64,000 nt of DNA from positions 19,407-83,406 of the forward strand of contig DACG01000019.1 in assembly GCA_002494725.1 (NCBI GenBank), given 5' to 3'. Shown in pieces: positions 1-9,232 of the stretch; positions within the stretch are counted from its first letter, which is position 1; each line of letters opens with the position of its first letter. This DNA comes from Geoglobus sp. UBA235. Its GTDB lineage: Archaea > Halobacteriota > Archaeoglobi > Archaeoglobales > Archaeoglobaceae. Made by a program: the position numbers and the translations under genes. A model generated the notes under the pieces. The model was given only the letters and a program-made list of their open reading frames with translations, was not told the origin of the DNA and did not search any database.

Positions 1-958
1 TTTCTATGCCGACGATGGCGAAGAACTTGTTAGGGACTGTAGCCGCTGAGAGAGTCTTAGGCTCTGGTTTTGAATCGTGTATTCCTTTCGAGAAGATCCA
101 GGCACGGAAAAAGGGATTATTCCTCAAGTGGGGGTAAATCACAGCATCTGGACCAAATTTTTCAACGATTGCGCAAATCGCGCTGAAGGTCAAAGCTGCG
201 AGGATGTGGCTTGCTGCCCACAGATCCTTTTCTTTTCTCGAATCCGCTATGAACTTCTGGACGGGGTTTAACTTGAAAAGCAAAAGTACGGGCTTTCTAC
301 CATTGCACTCTGCACCGTAAATAACAGAAGTCGCATCGGCGTGATCAAAAAGCGTATGGTCCGGGCTGAGGGTGTAAGCTGGAAGGTTAACGAATTCTTC
401 AGCGAAACTTTCTGAAAACTCCGATTTTAGTGCATTTTTGAGTTCATCCTCGTAAAATGTCCAGATTCTCAGATAATCCTCTTTACTTCCACCGGACTTT
501 ACCAGCTTACTGAAAGTTTCCTTTTCAATCTTCAAAATTCTGTCGAGTAGACTGTAAAACCTCTTTTCGTAATCGTCTCTCTCTGAATCCCTCACATTTA
601 TGACCGGCTTGTCAACTTCCGGAAGAGATCCAGCTATTATGCAAAACTCCTTGACCTCTCCAGTCACCGGATGTCTGATCACAGGGTAACCGATGTATTC
701 GTACTTCTCTGTGTCGTGGACTCTATCGAAGGTCGATCTGAGCTCTTTTCCGTCTTTTGACTTTTCGAGATCTATTCTCTGGAGAGAAGACGCCTGAGTG
801 TCTGCAGTTTTTATTTTTCTTTTTATACTTTTGCTTGGTATCAGATCTCCGAGAATTTCTTTTATTCTCTTTTCATGAGTTTTTAGCTCGAACGCCTTGT
901 CAGGAGGATCGTGAAGGAATGCTCGGATCTTGTTTTTCCAGAATTCATCTGAGTTCAT
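1..958 (-). CDS. cmr2: Cas10/Cmr2, type III-B large subunit, N-terminal part (gene runs off the left edge)
   Basis: My own minus-strand translation from ATG 958..956 gives [43 protein letters not shown]... It appears open down to position 1. It has an HD-type LHDPP motif and a later DLWAASHIL segment of the kind I associate with Cmr2. It is absent from the ORF track because it is truncated. Its ATG overlaps the cmr1 stop (ATGA). Confidence 0.72.
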   Translation of the reverse strand, partial: MNSDEFWKNKIRAFLHDPPDKAFELKTHEKRIKEILGDLIPSKSIKRKIKTADTQASSLQRIDLEKSKDGKELRSTFDRVHDTEKYEYIGYPVIRHPVTGEVKEFCIIAGSLPEVDKPVINVRDSERDDYEKRFYSLLDRILKIEKETFSKLVKSGGSKEDYLRIWTFYEDELKNALKSEFSESFAEEFVNLPAYTLSPDHTLFDHADATSVIYGAECNGRKPVLLLFKLNPVQKFIADSRKEKDLWAASHILAALTFSAICAIVEKFGPDAVIYPHLRNNPFFRAWIFSKGIHDSKPEPKTLSAATVPNKFFAIVGIE

Positions 959-1995
959 TTGAACACCTCCAGAGATCCGAAAACTGAAATTTCTCTCATT
1001 GACGCATTAAGTCTCCCGAGAGTTCTCCAGCTGGCCAAATTGTTGAGATCTCCATCTGGGTGGAACGGTTCCGTCCTGAATTTAACGATGCGAACGTAAA
1101 CTCTGCTTCCGATATGTGTAATACCGATGTGCATCGGAGATCCGCGTCTTTCATTTTTTATGACCTCAAGGACATCCTGAATCTCTCTCGTCCCTCTCCC
1201 TCTCAGATCCATTGGAAGACCAAAGATTATCCGATCTCGCTTATTTATCTCGGATTTTCTGAATCTTTGATATCTGCCTTGAAAATTCCTCAAAGCTTGG
1301 ATCGGGTTGCTGGTTCTTGCATCCCATAGGCTGACAGAAGACGTATTTTCGCTTAAAATCGGGTATGGCTGCGGTTGCACGTTCTTCAATCCCCTACCGA
1401 ATTTCGATCCAGCAATCTTTATGGCGGAAAGAATCGAATTTCTGAAATCTTCCACCTTACTGAACCTGTGTTTCAATGAGAGTTCCTCAAGCAGACCCAA
1501 ATCCCCACCCGAAAATTTAAGCGAGCCAGCTCCTCGTCTGTTTCTGAATCCCATACCTCCGAGCGATACCAAAGCCCAGAGAGATGCCAAAACGATGTTG
1601 AAAGACTCTTCATCAGAACTCTTTACAACTATCGTGAATTTCGTTCCTGATGGATAGTAGAATTTCATCTCTCCTTTTCTTGCAAGCAGATTTACAGAGA
1701 ACCATAAATACCTCAACTGATCAGCCGGTTTTTGTTCATCAAAACTTCTTAAGCCACCCTTTATCTCAGCAATTTCAACAACAACTTTACTCCTCCTCTT
1801 CGTGCTCCCAAAAACGTACTCCTCAGCTCCCCTCAACCCCTCAACGTCATCACCGAAATAGCTCCCGGCTAAAGCCCTGAACCACCACCTCATCAATCCC
1901 TTGATCGAAGAGGCTCGAATCTCGGCTTTGCTCTGATCTGCACCTCGCATGAAAATCGGAGTTAATGCTTCAAGCTTGAACTGAGCCGAATACAT
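955..1995 (-). CDS. cmr1: RAMP protein Cmr1 (type III-B)
   Basis: 346-aa ORF. The N-terminus [13 protein letters not shown]...[18 protein letters not shown] is a typical RAMP/Cmr1 signature. It lies directly upstream of cmr2 and is translationally coupled to it. Confidence 0.72.
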   Translation of the reverse strand: MYSAQFKLEALTPIFMRGADQSKAEIRASSIKGLMRWWFRALAGSYFGDDVEGLRGAEEYVFGSTKRRSKVVVEIAEIKGGLRSFDEQKPADQLRYLWFSVNLLARKGEMKFYYPSGTKFTIVVKSSDEESFNIVLASLWALVSLGGMGFRNRRGAGSLKFSGGDLGLLEELSLKHRFSKVEDFRNSILSAIKIAGSKFGRGLKNVQPQPYPILSENTSSVSLWDARTSNPIQALRNFQGRYQRFRKSEINKRDRIIFGLPMDLRGRGTREIQDVLEVIKNERRGSPMHIGITHIGSRVYVRIVKFRTEPFHPDGDLNNLASWRTLGRLNASMREISVFGSLEVFK

Positions 1996-2131
1996 AATGA
2001 ACCCATGTATTGATTTTTAAATATTTAAAATTTTTTAACCAGAACTCCAAAAACCATTATAAGGATACATAATACGTTTTTTTCAAAGAAACAGCGGTAA
2101 AAAATAATAATACTGGCTGCAACCATCAAGT

Positions 2132-3007
2132 GTGATAACAGGGATAGGTCCGGCCCTTGTTGACAGAATATGCCTGATTGATGAGTTCCCCGAAAGGGGT
2201 GGCCATGCGATTGTGAAGAGAACAGAGAAGCATGCAGGTGGAGCAGCTGGAAATGTGATATGGGGTCTTGCCAGATTTGGAGTTAAGGCAAGGTTCGTCT
2301 CCACCATAGGGAACGATGAGGACGGAAAATTTTACAGAAGGGAGATGGAAAAATACGGAATCGAATGCCTTTTCGAAGTGCTTGACTTGGAAACTGGCAG
2401 GGTGGACGTTTTTGTTGACAGGCATGGGGAGAGGACATTTTTCGTTTATCCCAACGCATCAGGAGAATTCTATGCTTTCCTCAGGGATGATGACTACAGA
2501 TGGGGAGAGTTCTTTTATCTGGACCCGTTCCCCTCCGAGAGGAGCCTCGAGGTTCACATTGAAATAGCCGAAAATGCCAAGAAATACGGTAAAAAAGTGA
2601 TTCTGAATCCCGGATACCCATATTCAAGGCTTGGAATTAACAGGCTTGAAGGGCTTCTCAATCTCACAGACATAATCTTCCTGTCCCAAGACGAATACAG
2701 AATGTTGGAGGGAGTAGAGAAGCAAGTGGATCTCACAGTAATAACAAAGGGGCCATCAGGGAGCATTGCCCTGAAAGGAGGTGAAAAATTCTCTGCTCCA
2801 GCATTCAGGGTAAATGTGGTTGATACCACCGGTGCGGGAGATGCATTCACAGCCGGATTTCTGTACGCTTACTTCAACAAGTTCAAAATCGAGACATGCC
2901 TTCTCGCAGGAAATTTTGCCGCAAGTCACAACATACAGAGAACAGGAGCAAGAAATTTCCCTGAAAAAAGAGAAATGGATGAATTTCTCAGATCTCAATC
3001 GAAATGA
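2132..3007 (+). CDS. PfkB-family carbohydrate/nucleoside kinase
   Basis: 291-aa ORF with GTG start. It carries the PfkB signature VDTTGAGDAFTAGF near the C-terminus and a GGAAGNV motif near the N-terminus. Confidence 0.8.
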   Translation: MITGIGPALVDRICLIDEFPERGGHAIVKRTEKHAGGAAGNVIWGLARFGVKARFVSTIGNDEDGKFYRREMEKYGIECLFEVLDLETGRVDVFVDRHGERTFFVYPNASGEFYAFLRDDDYRWGEFFYLDPFPSERSLEVHIEIAENAKKYGKKVILNPGYPYSRLGINRLEGLLNLTDIIFLSQDEYRMLEGVEKQVDLTVITKGPSGSIALKGGEKFSAPAFRVNVVDTTGAGDAFTAGFLYAYFNKFKIETCLLAGNFAASHNIQRTGARNFPEKREMDEFLRSQSK

Positions 3008-4230
3008 TCAAGAGAGGAATTCAGAAAATTGCCTTCATACCTCCTCAAAACACCAAACCTGTAATCGTCAAGAATCACCTCCTTCACAGCATCTACAGGA
3101 ACATCAAGCTTTATCTCCCTCGTTCTACCATATCTTCCCTTTGATATGACTATGGAGTTAATTATCCCCAGCATGTCAAGCTCGGAAATCAGGTCACTCA
3201 CCCTCCTCTGAGTGAGAATGTCCATACCTATTTTCCTGCACAGAGTCTTGTAAACTGCAAAAACCTCTCCTGTTGTGAATTTTCTCTTTCCGCTGTTGTG
3301 CAAGAGGATCATGGCATAAAGTACAACTTTGCTCTGGTTTGGCAGTGTTTTGACTGCCTCGACCACATGATCGCACTCCATCTTTCTCACAGCCTCTCTA
3401 ACGTGATCTCTTGTTATCCTTCCATCCTGTCTCGACTCTGCAATTTCCCCACTTATCCTGAGCAGGTCAAGTGCCTTTCTGGCATCTCCATGCTCCTGAG
3501 CTGCCAAAGCGGCACAGTACGGAATCACCCCCTCCTCAAGAACTCCATCATAGAAGGCCAGCTCTGCCCTCTGGGCAAGTATGTCTTCAAGCTGGGTGGC
3601 ATTGTATGGTGGAAAGACTATCTCTTCCTCGCTCAATGAGCTCAGAACCCTGGGATCAAGGAAGTTCTTGAACTTCAGATCATTTGATATGCCTATCAGA
3701 CTTACCCTTGCATTATCAAGCTCCGAATTTATCCTTGAAAGGTTGTAGAGGACATCATCCCCCTTTCTGACAAGCTTGTCTATTTCATCCAGAACAATTA
3801 TTATCGTCTGATCTCTGCTGTCTATGGCTTCCTTGAGCTCTTCATAAACCTGATCTGTCGGCCACCCCGTCATTGGAACATTCTTTCCCAGAACCTTTGC
3901 CAGAGTTGCCAAAACTCGATACTGGGTGTCAATTATCTCGCAATTGAGGTAGTGGACATAGCAGTGGGCATCCATCTTTCTTCCAGCTTCTTCAAGCTGC
4001 CTTCCAACAAATTTCACCGTTGCTGTTTTTCCTGTGCCTGTTTTTCCGTAAATGAGTATGTTGGATGGTGTCTCACCCTGAAGTGCAGGTAACAGAATGG
4101 ATGCGATTGCCTCAATCTGCTCCTTCCTGTGGGGCAGGTACTCAGGGGTGTACGAGTGCCTTAAAACATCCCTGTTCTTGAAAATCTGGGGTTTTCTGAG
4201 CATTTTCTCGAAAATATTACTGTCAATCAT
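2995..4230 (-). CDS. orc1: ORC1-type DNA replication protein (Orc1/Cdc6)
   Basis: 411 aa. It has YTPEYLPHRKEQIE, Walker A IYGKTGTGKT, Walker B IIVLDEID and a C-terminal winged-helix region. Confidence 0.92.
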   Translation of the reverse strand: MIDSNIFEKMLRKPQIFKNRDVLRHSYTPEYLPHRKEQIEAIASILLPALQGETPSNILIYGKTGTGKTATVKFVGRQLEEAGRKMDAHCYVHYLNCEIIDTQYRVLATLAKVLGKNVPMTGWPTDQVYEELKEAIDSRDQTIIIVLDEIDKLVRKGDDVLYNLSRINSELDNARVSLIGISNDLKFKNFLDPRVLSSLSEEEIVFPPYNATQLEDILAQRAELAFYDGVLEEGVIPYCAALAAQEHGDARKALDLLRISGEIAESRQDGRITRDHVREAVRKMECDHVVEAVKTLPNQSKVVLYAMILLHNSGKRKFTTGEVFAVYKTLCRKIGMDILTQRRVSDLISELDMLGIINSIVISKGRYGRTREIKLDVPVDAVKEVILDDYRFGVLRRYEGNFLNSSLDHFD

Positions 4231-4232
4231 AG

Positions 4233-4258
4233 AAACACCTCTGTTTTCAGAAGTGTTT
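4233..4258 (-). promoter_or_regulatory. Leader stem-loop covering the orc1 Shine-Dalgarno
   Basis: The minus-strand RNA AAACACUUCUG-AAAA-CAGAGGUGUUU forms an 11-bp stem (one G-U pair) that ends 2 nt before the orc1 AUG. GAGGUG lies in the 3' arm. Confidence 0.4.
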
Positions 4259-4351
4259 TACCTTCTACAATCATCTTTAAGAATTTTTTGATTATTCACG
4301 GTTAAACATTTGAGGATTTTTAATTTAAACCCTTTTATCTGGAAAATCTAT

Positions 4352-5113
4352 TTATCGTCTCAGCCTTTTCACAGCCTCCACTATCCTCGGCATCACCTCT
4401 CCAGCTCTCCCATGGATTACAACATCAAAGTAATCATCTGCATGGGTTCTTTCAGCGTTCACGATTATGAGCTTCGCACCCGAATTCTTGGCATACATTG
4501 GCAGGTTTGCTGCAGGATAGACGACAAGGGATGAACCAACAACCATAAAAACATCACACTTCTTGCTCTCCTCTATAGAAGCGGAAAGTACGTCTGCTGG
4601 CAGCTGCTCTCCAAAAAGAACAACTCTCGGCTTGAGATAAGGGCACCCACACTGACATTTCATATCCTCATCCCTTTCCAGAATCTTCTCTATCTCATCC
4701 CATCTGTATGTTTTTCCACAATCAAGACAGTCAACAAACTCCATGGAACCGTGAAGCTCGTAAACAACCTTGCTCCCGGCTCTCTGGTGGAGCATATCAA
4801 CATTCTGGGTTATGACGGCCTTAACTATCCCCATTTCCTCAAGCTCTGCTATTGCATAATGTGCAGGATTCGGTTCAGCTTTTTTCTTGAGCAGGAGCTC
4901 CTTTGAAAAGTTCCAGAATGCTCTGGGATTCCTCCTGAAGCCGGTTATTGACGCAACCTCTTCAGGATCATACCTTGTCCACAGACCATCTTTCCCCCTG
5001 AAAGTTGGAACCCCGCTCTCAGCAGATACACCGGCACCTGTAAAAACAACAGCATGTCTGGCGTTTGCAATTATCTCTCCAGCCACCTCGATTTTCTCAT
5101 CAATTCCCCACAT
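4352..5113 (-). CDS. cobB: NAD-dependent protein deacylase, Sir2 family
   Basis: It has GAGVSAESGVPTFRG, QNVDMLHQRAG and a Zn ribbon (CLDCGKTY...CQCGCPYLKP). It is very similar to my recollection of A. fulgidus Sir2-Af2. I chose the start at the internal Met (ATG 5113) because the longer ORF, which reaches 5203, would overlap cgi121. Confidence 0.9.
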   Translation of the reverse strand: MWGIDEKIEVAGEIIANARHAVVFTGAGVSAESGVPTFRGKDGLWTRYDPEEVASITGFRRNPRAFWNFSKELLLKKKAEPNPAHYAIAELEEMGIVKAVITQNVDMLHQRAGSKVVYELHGSMEFVDCLDCGKTYRWDEIEKILERDEDMKCQCGCPYLKPRVVLFGEQLPADVLSASIEESKKCDVFMVVGSSLVVYPAANLPMYAKNSGAKLIIVNAERTHADDYFDVVIHGRAGEVMPRIVEAVKRLRR

Positions 5114-5142
5114 CAGCGAAAAATTAACGGGAAAATTTATAA

Positions 5143-5610
5143 CTATTTTGAGACCGAAAAAAGAGCTATTTTTTCCCTGACAAGTAAATTGAGCTTTTCC
5201 CATCCAGTAATCTCTATTTCTTCGTTACTTATTCCATAAAACTGTGCAATTTTCTTCAACTTTTCTTGATCAATCTTTAAAACTTCAGATTCCCTAAAAC
5301 CCTGCATTTCAAGGAACTTTTTGCATGAATTCAGATCAACAACAACGATCCTGTTGAATCCTTCCTTAAGTCCTGCCTTTACTGCATGATTTATCTGCCT
5401 TGTTCCGGAGAAATGGAGAAGAGTCTCCATAGCTATGTTTTTCGAGATTCTTTTTCCATTTTCCCATGACCTGATGGCTTTTTTAACCGCAAATTCCACA
5501 GTCTTCAGATCTATAACATAATCAGCATCAATAAAAATGCACCCATCGGGAACTTTCTGTAAAAAACTTTTCAAATCTCTAATCTCAATTACGCCTTGGT
5601 ATATTCTCAT
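5143..5610 (-). CDS. cgi121: KEOPS complex subunit Cgi121
   Basis: 155 aa. The blocks IDADYVIDLKTVEFAVKKA, METLLHFSGTRQINHAV and a C-terminal REKIALFSV align by eye with archaeal Cgi121 (MJ0187-type). Confidence 0.7.
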   Translation of the reverse strand: MRIYQGVIEIRDLKSFLQKVPDGCIFIDADYVIDLKTVEFAVKKAIRSWENGKRISKNIAMETLLHFSGTRQINHAVKAGLKEGFNRIVVVDLNSCKKFLEMQGFRESEVLKIDQEKLKKIAQFYGISNEEIEITGWEKLNLLVREKIALFSVSK

Positions 5611-6302
5611 AACACTCTTGTGACAGATTCCATTTTGATACCTCTGTCTGTTATATCATACCTGAATATCGATTTTGGAACGAGTGTTCTTTTCAGCTTT
5701 ATGACTTTCAGTCTTCTCTGTATTTCTGTTTCGGCTTCTCTCAGGCTTAGTTCAATGATTCCATCAACTGCCTGCTTTACAGCAGTTTCAAAACTTGGCT
5801 CAAACATTCCCTTTGTGAACAGGACAAAAACAACTGATTCATTTTTCCTGGCACTTATTGCCATTGACTCAAGCATATTCAGCACTGTTTTTCTGTCATA
5901 ATCTTCGGCAAAGTATCCGAGATTGTTTATAACGACTCTTCTGTAATCCTTTGCACATTCTGTTATCACTCTGTTGTATGGGTCTCCCGAAAGTGTGAGG
6001 CTTTCTCGCAAACCAACACTTCCAACTCTTGCACCCATGAAGTCCAAGAATTTTACACCATCGAAATCGTTTTCAGATATCTTGAGATACAGCATCATGC
6101 TTTCCTTCACTTCTTCGGCAGTATCGTTAGTGGAAACGTAAAGGGATTTCTCTCCATTTTTTATACCTTCATGGATAAAATGATACGAAAAGACTTCAGC
6201 TCCAGCCCCTGGATCCTCAATCATTAGAACAACACTCCCTGCGGGAAAACCTCCACCAAGTTGCGAGTCGAGATTGAGAATGCCCGAAGATACCCTCTTC
6301 AT
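5607..6302 (-). CDS. KaiC/RadB/RecA-superfamily domain protein with degenerate Walker A
   Basis: 231 aa. The N-terminus SSGILNLDSQLGGGFPAGSVVLMIEDPGAGAEVF is the KaiC-like layout, but the P-loop Lys-Ser/Thr is replaced (PGAGAE). It has a 4-nt overlap with cgi121. Confidence 0.6.
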   Translation of the reverse strand: MKRVSSGILNLDSQLGGGFPAGSVVLMIEDPGAGAEVFSYHFIHEGIKNGEKSLYVSTNDTAEEVKESMMLYLKISENDFDGVKFLDFMGARVGSVGLRESLTLSGDPYNRVITECAKDYRRVVINNLGYFAEDYDRKTVLNMLESMAISARKNESVVFVLFTKGMFEPSFETAVKQAVDGIIELSLREAETEIQRRLKVIKLKRTLVPKSIFRYDITDRGIKMESVTRVL

Positions 6303-6362
6303 GGAATCACCACCACTATTAACTCACTTAAATTTATAAACATTTCCAGTTAAAATTCTGCA

Positions 6363-6677
6363 ATGGAGATCAGATTTAACAGGGATGGGCTTGTGCCTGT
6401 GATAGCCCAGGATTTTGACACAAAGGAAGTTCTCATGCTTGCATATGCAGATGAGGAGGCTCTGAAAAGAACAATAAAGACAAAAAAAGCTCACTATTAC
6501 AGCAGAAGCAGAAAAAAGCTGTGGATGAAGGGAGAGGAGTCAGGAAATGTTCAGGAAGTTGTTGAGGTGAGGGTGGACTGTGACGGGGATGCTGTGCTTT
6601 ACATTGTAAGGCAGCATGGAAATGCATGCCACACCGGAAACTACACCTGCTTTTTCAGAAGGCTGGAGGGAGACTGA
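6363..6677 (+). CDS. hisI: Phosphoribosyl-AMP cyclohydrolase
   Basis: 104 aa. It has LVPVIAQD...EVLMLAY...YYSRSR.KLW.KGE.SGN and CDGDA...CHTG motifs. Confidence 0.9.
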   Translation: MEIRFNRDGLVPVIAQDFDTKEVLMLAYADEEALKRTIKTKKAHYYSRSRKKLWMKGEESGNVQEVVEVRVDCDGDAVLYIVRQHGNACHTGNYTCFFRRLEGD

Positions 6678-8459
6678 ATGAAATATGTTATTGATACAAG
6701 CGTCATTGTTGATGGAAGGATTACAAGGATGATCGAAAATGGAGAAATAAGGGGAACCGTAATCATACCTGAAGCCGTAGTTGCTGAACTTGAGGCTCAG
6801 GCGAATTTTGGGAGAATGACGGGTTTTCAGGGGCTTGAAGAGATAAAGAGGATAAGAGAAATCTGTAAAAAACTTGAGAATGAGGTTATTTTCCTTGGGT
6901 CAAGACCAAATCTTGAGCAAATAAGGCTTGCAAAAGGGGGGGAAATAGATAACCTGATAAGGGAGATTGCCGAAAGGGAAAACGCTGTTCTGGTTACTGG
7001 AGACAGGGTTCAGTATACAGTGGCCGTTTCAAAGGGGATTTCTGCGATTTATGTTAAGAGAGAGACTGTCGAGCCGGAAAAGACGAGAATAATGGAGTTC
7101 TTCACAGATGATACGGCAAGCGTGCATCTCAGAGAGGGTGTTGAGGTGTACGCAAAGAAAGGAGAAATCGGAAATCTTGAGCTCGTGAAAATAACTGAGG
7201 AGCCAATGAGTATTGATGAGCTCAGAGCCATAGCTCACGAGATACTCGAGGCTGCATCCCAGAATGAGGACAGCAGCATTGAAATAGAAAGAAAGGGTGT
7301 GACAGTTGTACAGCTCAGGGATCTGAGGATAGCCATTGCTGAGAGGCCGTTTTCAGACAGAATGGAAATCACAGCAGTGAGACCGATAGCAAGGGCAACT
7401 CTTGATGATTATGGCATAAACGAGGAACTGAAAAGGAGGTTCATAGAAAAGCAGAGAGGAATACTGATCTCAGGTCCTCCCGGGGCCGGGAAATCAACAT
7501 TTGCAGCAAGTGTTGCAAACTACCTGATGGAGAATGGATTCATGGTGAAAACCATGGAAAGTCCCCGAGATCTGATGGTAAAGGATGAGATAACTCAGTA
7601 TGCTCCTCTTGAAGGTGATATGGGCCTTACAGCAGATGTTCTTCTGCTCGTCAGACCGGATTACACGATATATGACGAGGTGAGAAAGACCTCGGACTTT
7701 CAGGTCTTTGCGGACATGAGGCTTGCAGGAGTGGGAATGATAGGCGTGACCCACGCCACCAGGGCAATAGATGCAATTCAGAGGATGATCGGTAGAGTGG
7801 AGCTTGGAGTAATACCCCAGGTTGTTGACACGGTGATTTTCATTGACAAAGGGAGAATAGAAAAGGTTTATGAGCTCAGCTTCACGGTAAAGGTTCCCCA
7901 CGGAATGACAGAGGCAGATCTTGCAAGACCAGTCATTGAGGTTACAGATTTTGAGACAAAAAAGGTTGAGTTCGAGATATACACCTACGGAGAGCAGGTT
8001 GTTGTGATGCCCGTTGAAAGCGAGACGGAAAACAGGCTTGTGGTCTATGCTGTTGAAAGCAAGATAAGGGATCTCGTTTCTGTATATGAGATAAAGGCTG
8101 TCAGCGAAAGAAAGGCAATAGTTTATATCCCTGAGGATGAGATACCGCACCTCATAGGCAGGAAAGGAAAAAGGATAAAGATGATTGAAGATGAGCTTGG
8201 AATAAGCATTGACATTGAACCTCTCAAGGTTGAGAGAAGCAGTGAAACTGAAACGGTGGTCGAGGAAAAGGGGAAGCACTACGTGATACATGCTGAGGGG
8301 CTTGAAGGAAGGAGCGTGGATGTGTATGCCGGAGAGAAATACCTGCTCACAGCCGAGGTTGGGAGGAAAGGAGTTATAAGGGTGAGAAAGGACAGGGATG
8401 CAGGTAAGGCGATAAGACTTGCCCTGGCAAAGGGAGAGAGTATAAGGCTGAGATACTGA
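6678..8459 (+). CDS. PIN-domain / P-loop ATPase / KH-domain protein (COG1855, PINA-like)
   Basis: 593 aa. It has an N-terminal PIN (VIDTSVIVDG), Walker A GPPGAGKST and a C-terminal KH-like IGRKGKRIKMIE. Confidence 0.75.
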   Translation: MKYVIDTSVIVDGRITRMIENGEIRGTVIIPEAVVAELEAQANFGRMTGFQGLEEIKRIREICKKLENEVIFLGSRPNLEQIRLAKGGEIDNLIREIAERENAVLVTGDRVQYTVAVSKGISAIYVKRETVEPEKTRIMEFFTDDTASVHLREGVEVYAKKGEIGNLELVKITEEPMSIDELRAIAHEILEAASQNEDSSIEIERKGVTVVQLRDLRIAIAERPFSDRMEITAVRPIARATLDDYGINEELKRRFIEKQRGILISGPPGAGKSTFAASVANYLMENGFMVKTMESPRDLMVKDEITQYAPLEGDMGLTADVLLLVRPDYTIYDEVRKTSDFQVFADMRLAGVGMIGVTHATRAIDAIQRMIGRVELGVIPQVVDTVIFIDKGRIEKVYELSFTVKVPHGMTEADLARPVIEVTDFETKKVEFEIYTYGEQVVVMPVESETENRLVVYAVESKIRDLVSVYEIKAVSERKAIVYIPEDEIPHLIGRKGKRIKMIEDELGISIDIEPLKVERSSETETVVEEKGKHYVIHAEGLEGRSVDVYAGEKYLLTAEVGRKGVIRVRKDRDAGKAIRLALAKGESIRLRY

Positions 8460-9232
8460 TGAAAGAGAGGTATCTGCTTGGCATTTTCTACATTCTGACA
8501 GGAATACTTGCGATTTTGATAGCCCCTGCATTCTCTGGTGCAGGAATGCAGGCGTTTGAAAATGCATCAGATATTTCAAACTCTTTTGCCTACCTACTCA
8601 TGATTCTCGGATTTACAGCAGCAATTCTGGTGATCATAAGGCTCAAAAAGTCCCTGATAAAGCCACTCTTCTACTTTTTGCTTTTCATAACTTATTTTTA
8701 CGGATTTTTCCCCTTCACTGGAATTCTTTCCGTCATTCCGTCATCAGTTCTTCTTTATCTCCTTGTCAGGACAAGGCACTGGATGGTGGTGAACATTTCT
8801 GCAGTAATTGTGGGTGCAACCGTAACGGCAATATTTGGAATAAGCATGGAACCCCTTCCTGTCATAGTCCTGCTTGTTACCTTGGCGTTGTATGACTACA
8901 TGGCGGTTTACAAGACAAAACACATGCTCACACTTGCCGACAGCATTTCAGAGATGAAAATACCCGTGCTTTTTATAATTCCGGGAAAGGAAAGGGATGC
9001 AATGATGGGTGTTGGAGATGCGGTTATGCCAAACATTCTGGTAGTTTCAGGATTTATTTTCGGCAGCTGCATAATCCAGCCCTTCGTAACATTCATTTCA
9101 GGTATTGCAGGGCTCTTTCTTCTTCTCAGGATGGTTGAAAAAAGCAAAAAAGCTCACCCCGGGCTGCCAATACTCAATTTTTCAGTTATTGCCGGCTACA
9201 TTGCCGGACTCGCCCTCTGCAAGATTCTTTAA
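8459..9232 (+). CDS. Presenilin/signal-peptide-peptidase-like intramembrane aspartyl protease (A22, DUF1119-like)
   Basis: 257 aa, polytopic. It has catalytic-type motifs LALYDYMAVY (YD) and GVGDAVMP (GxGD), plus a PAL-like PGLP near the C-terminus. Confidence 0.68.
   Translation: MKERYLLGIFYILTGILAILIAPAFSGAGMQAFENASDISNSFAYLLMILGFTAAILVIIRLKKSLIKPLFYFLLFITYFYGFFPFTGILSVIPSSVLLYLLVRTRHWMVVNISAVIVGATVTAIFGISMEPLPVIVLLVTLALYDYMAVYKTKHMLTLADSISEMKIPVLFIIPGKERDAMMGVGDAVMPNILVVSGFIFGSCIIQPFVTFISGIAGLFLLLRMVEKSKKAHPGLPILNFSVIAGYIAGLALCKIL

Noticed and set aside
1996-2131. CRISPR array or leader upstream of cmr1
   Set aside because: The region is an AT-rich promoter-like sequence without direct repeats. 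I noticed no repeat-spacer periodicity anywhere in the window.
4231-4351. Possible replication origin (ORB elements) next to orc1
   Set aside because: The intergenic region is only ~120 bp. It has one dyad and no repeated ORB or mini-ORB-like boxes or flanking duplex-unwinding element that I can see. I recall that origin mapping in A. fulgidus did not place the origin beside its cdc6 gene. I kept only the hairpin as a finding.
7494-8579. 361-aa minus-strand ORF antisense to the PIN-ATPase-KH gene
   Set aside because: It lies entirely within a well-supported plus-strand gene. Its translation is low-complexity and rich in Leu, Ser, Cys and His, with no motifs. It is typical of a stop-poor antisense frame.
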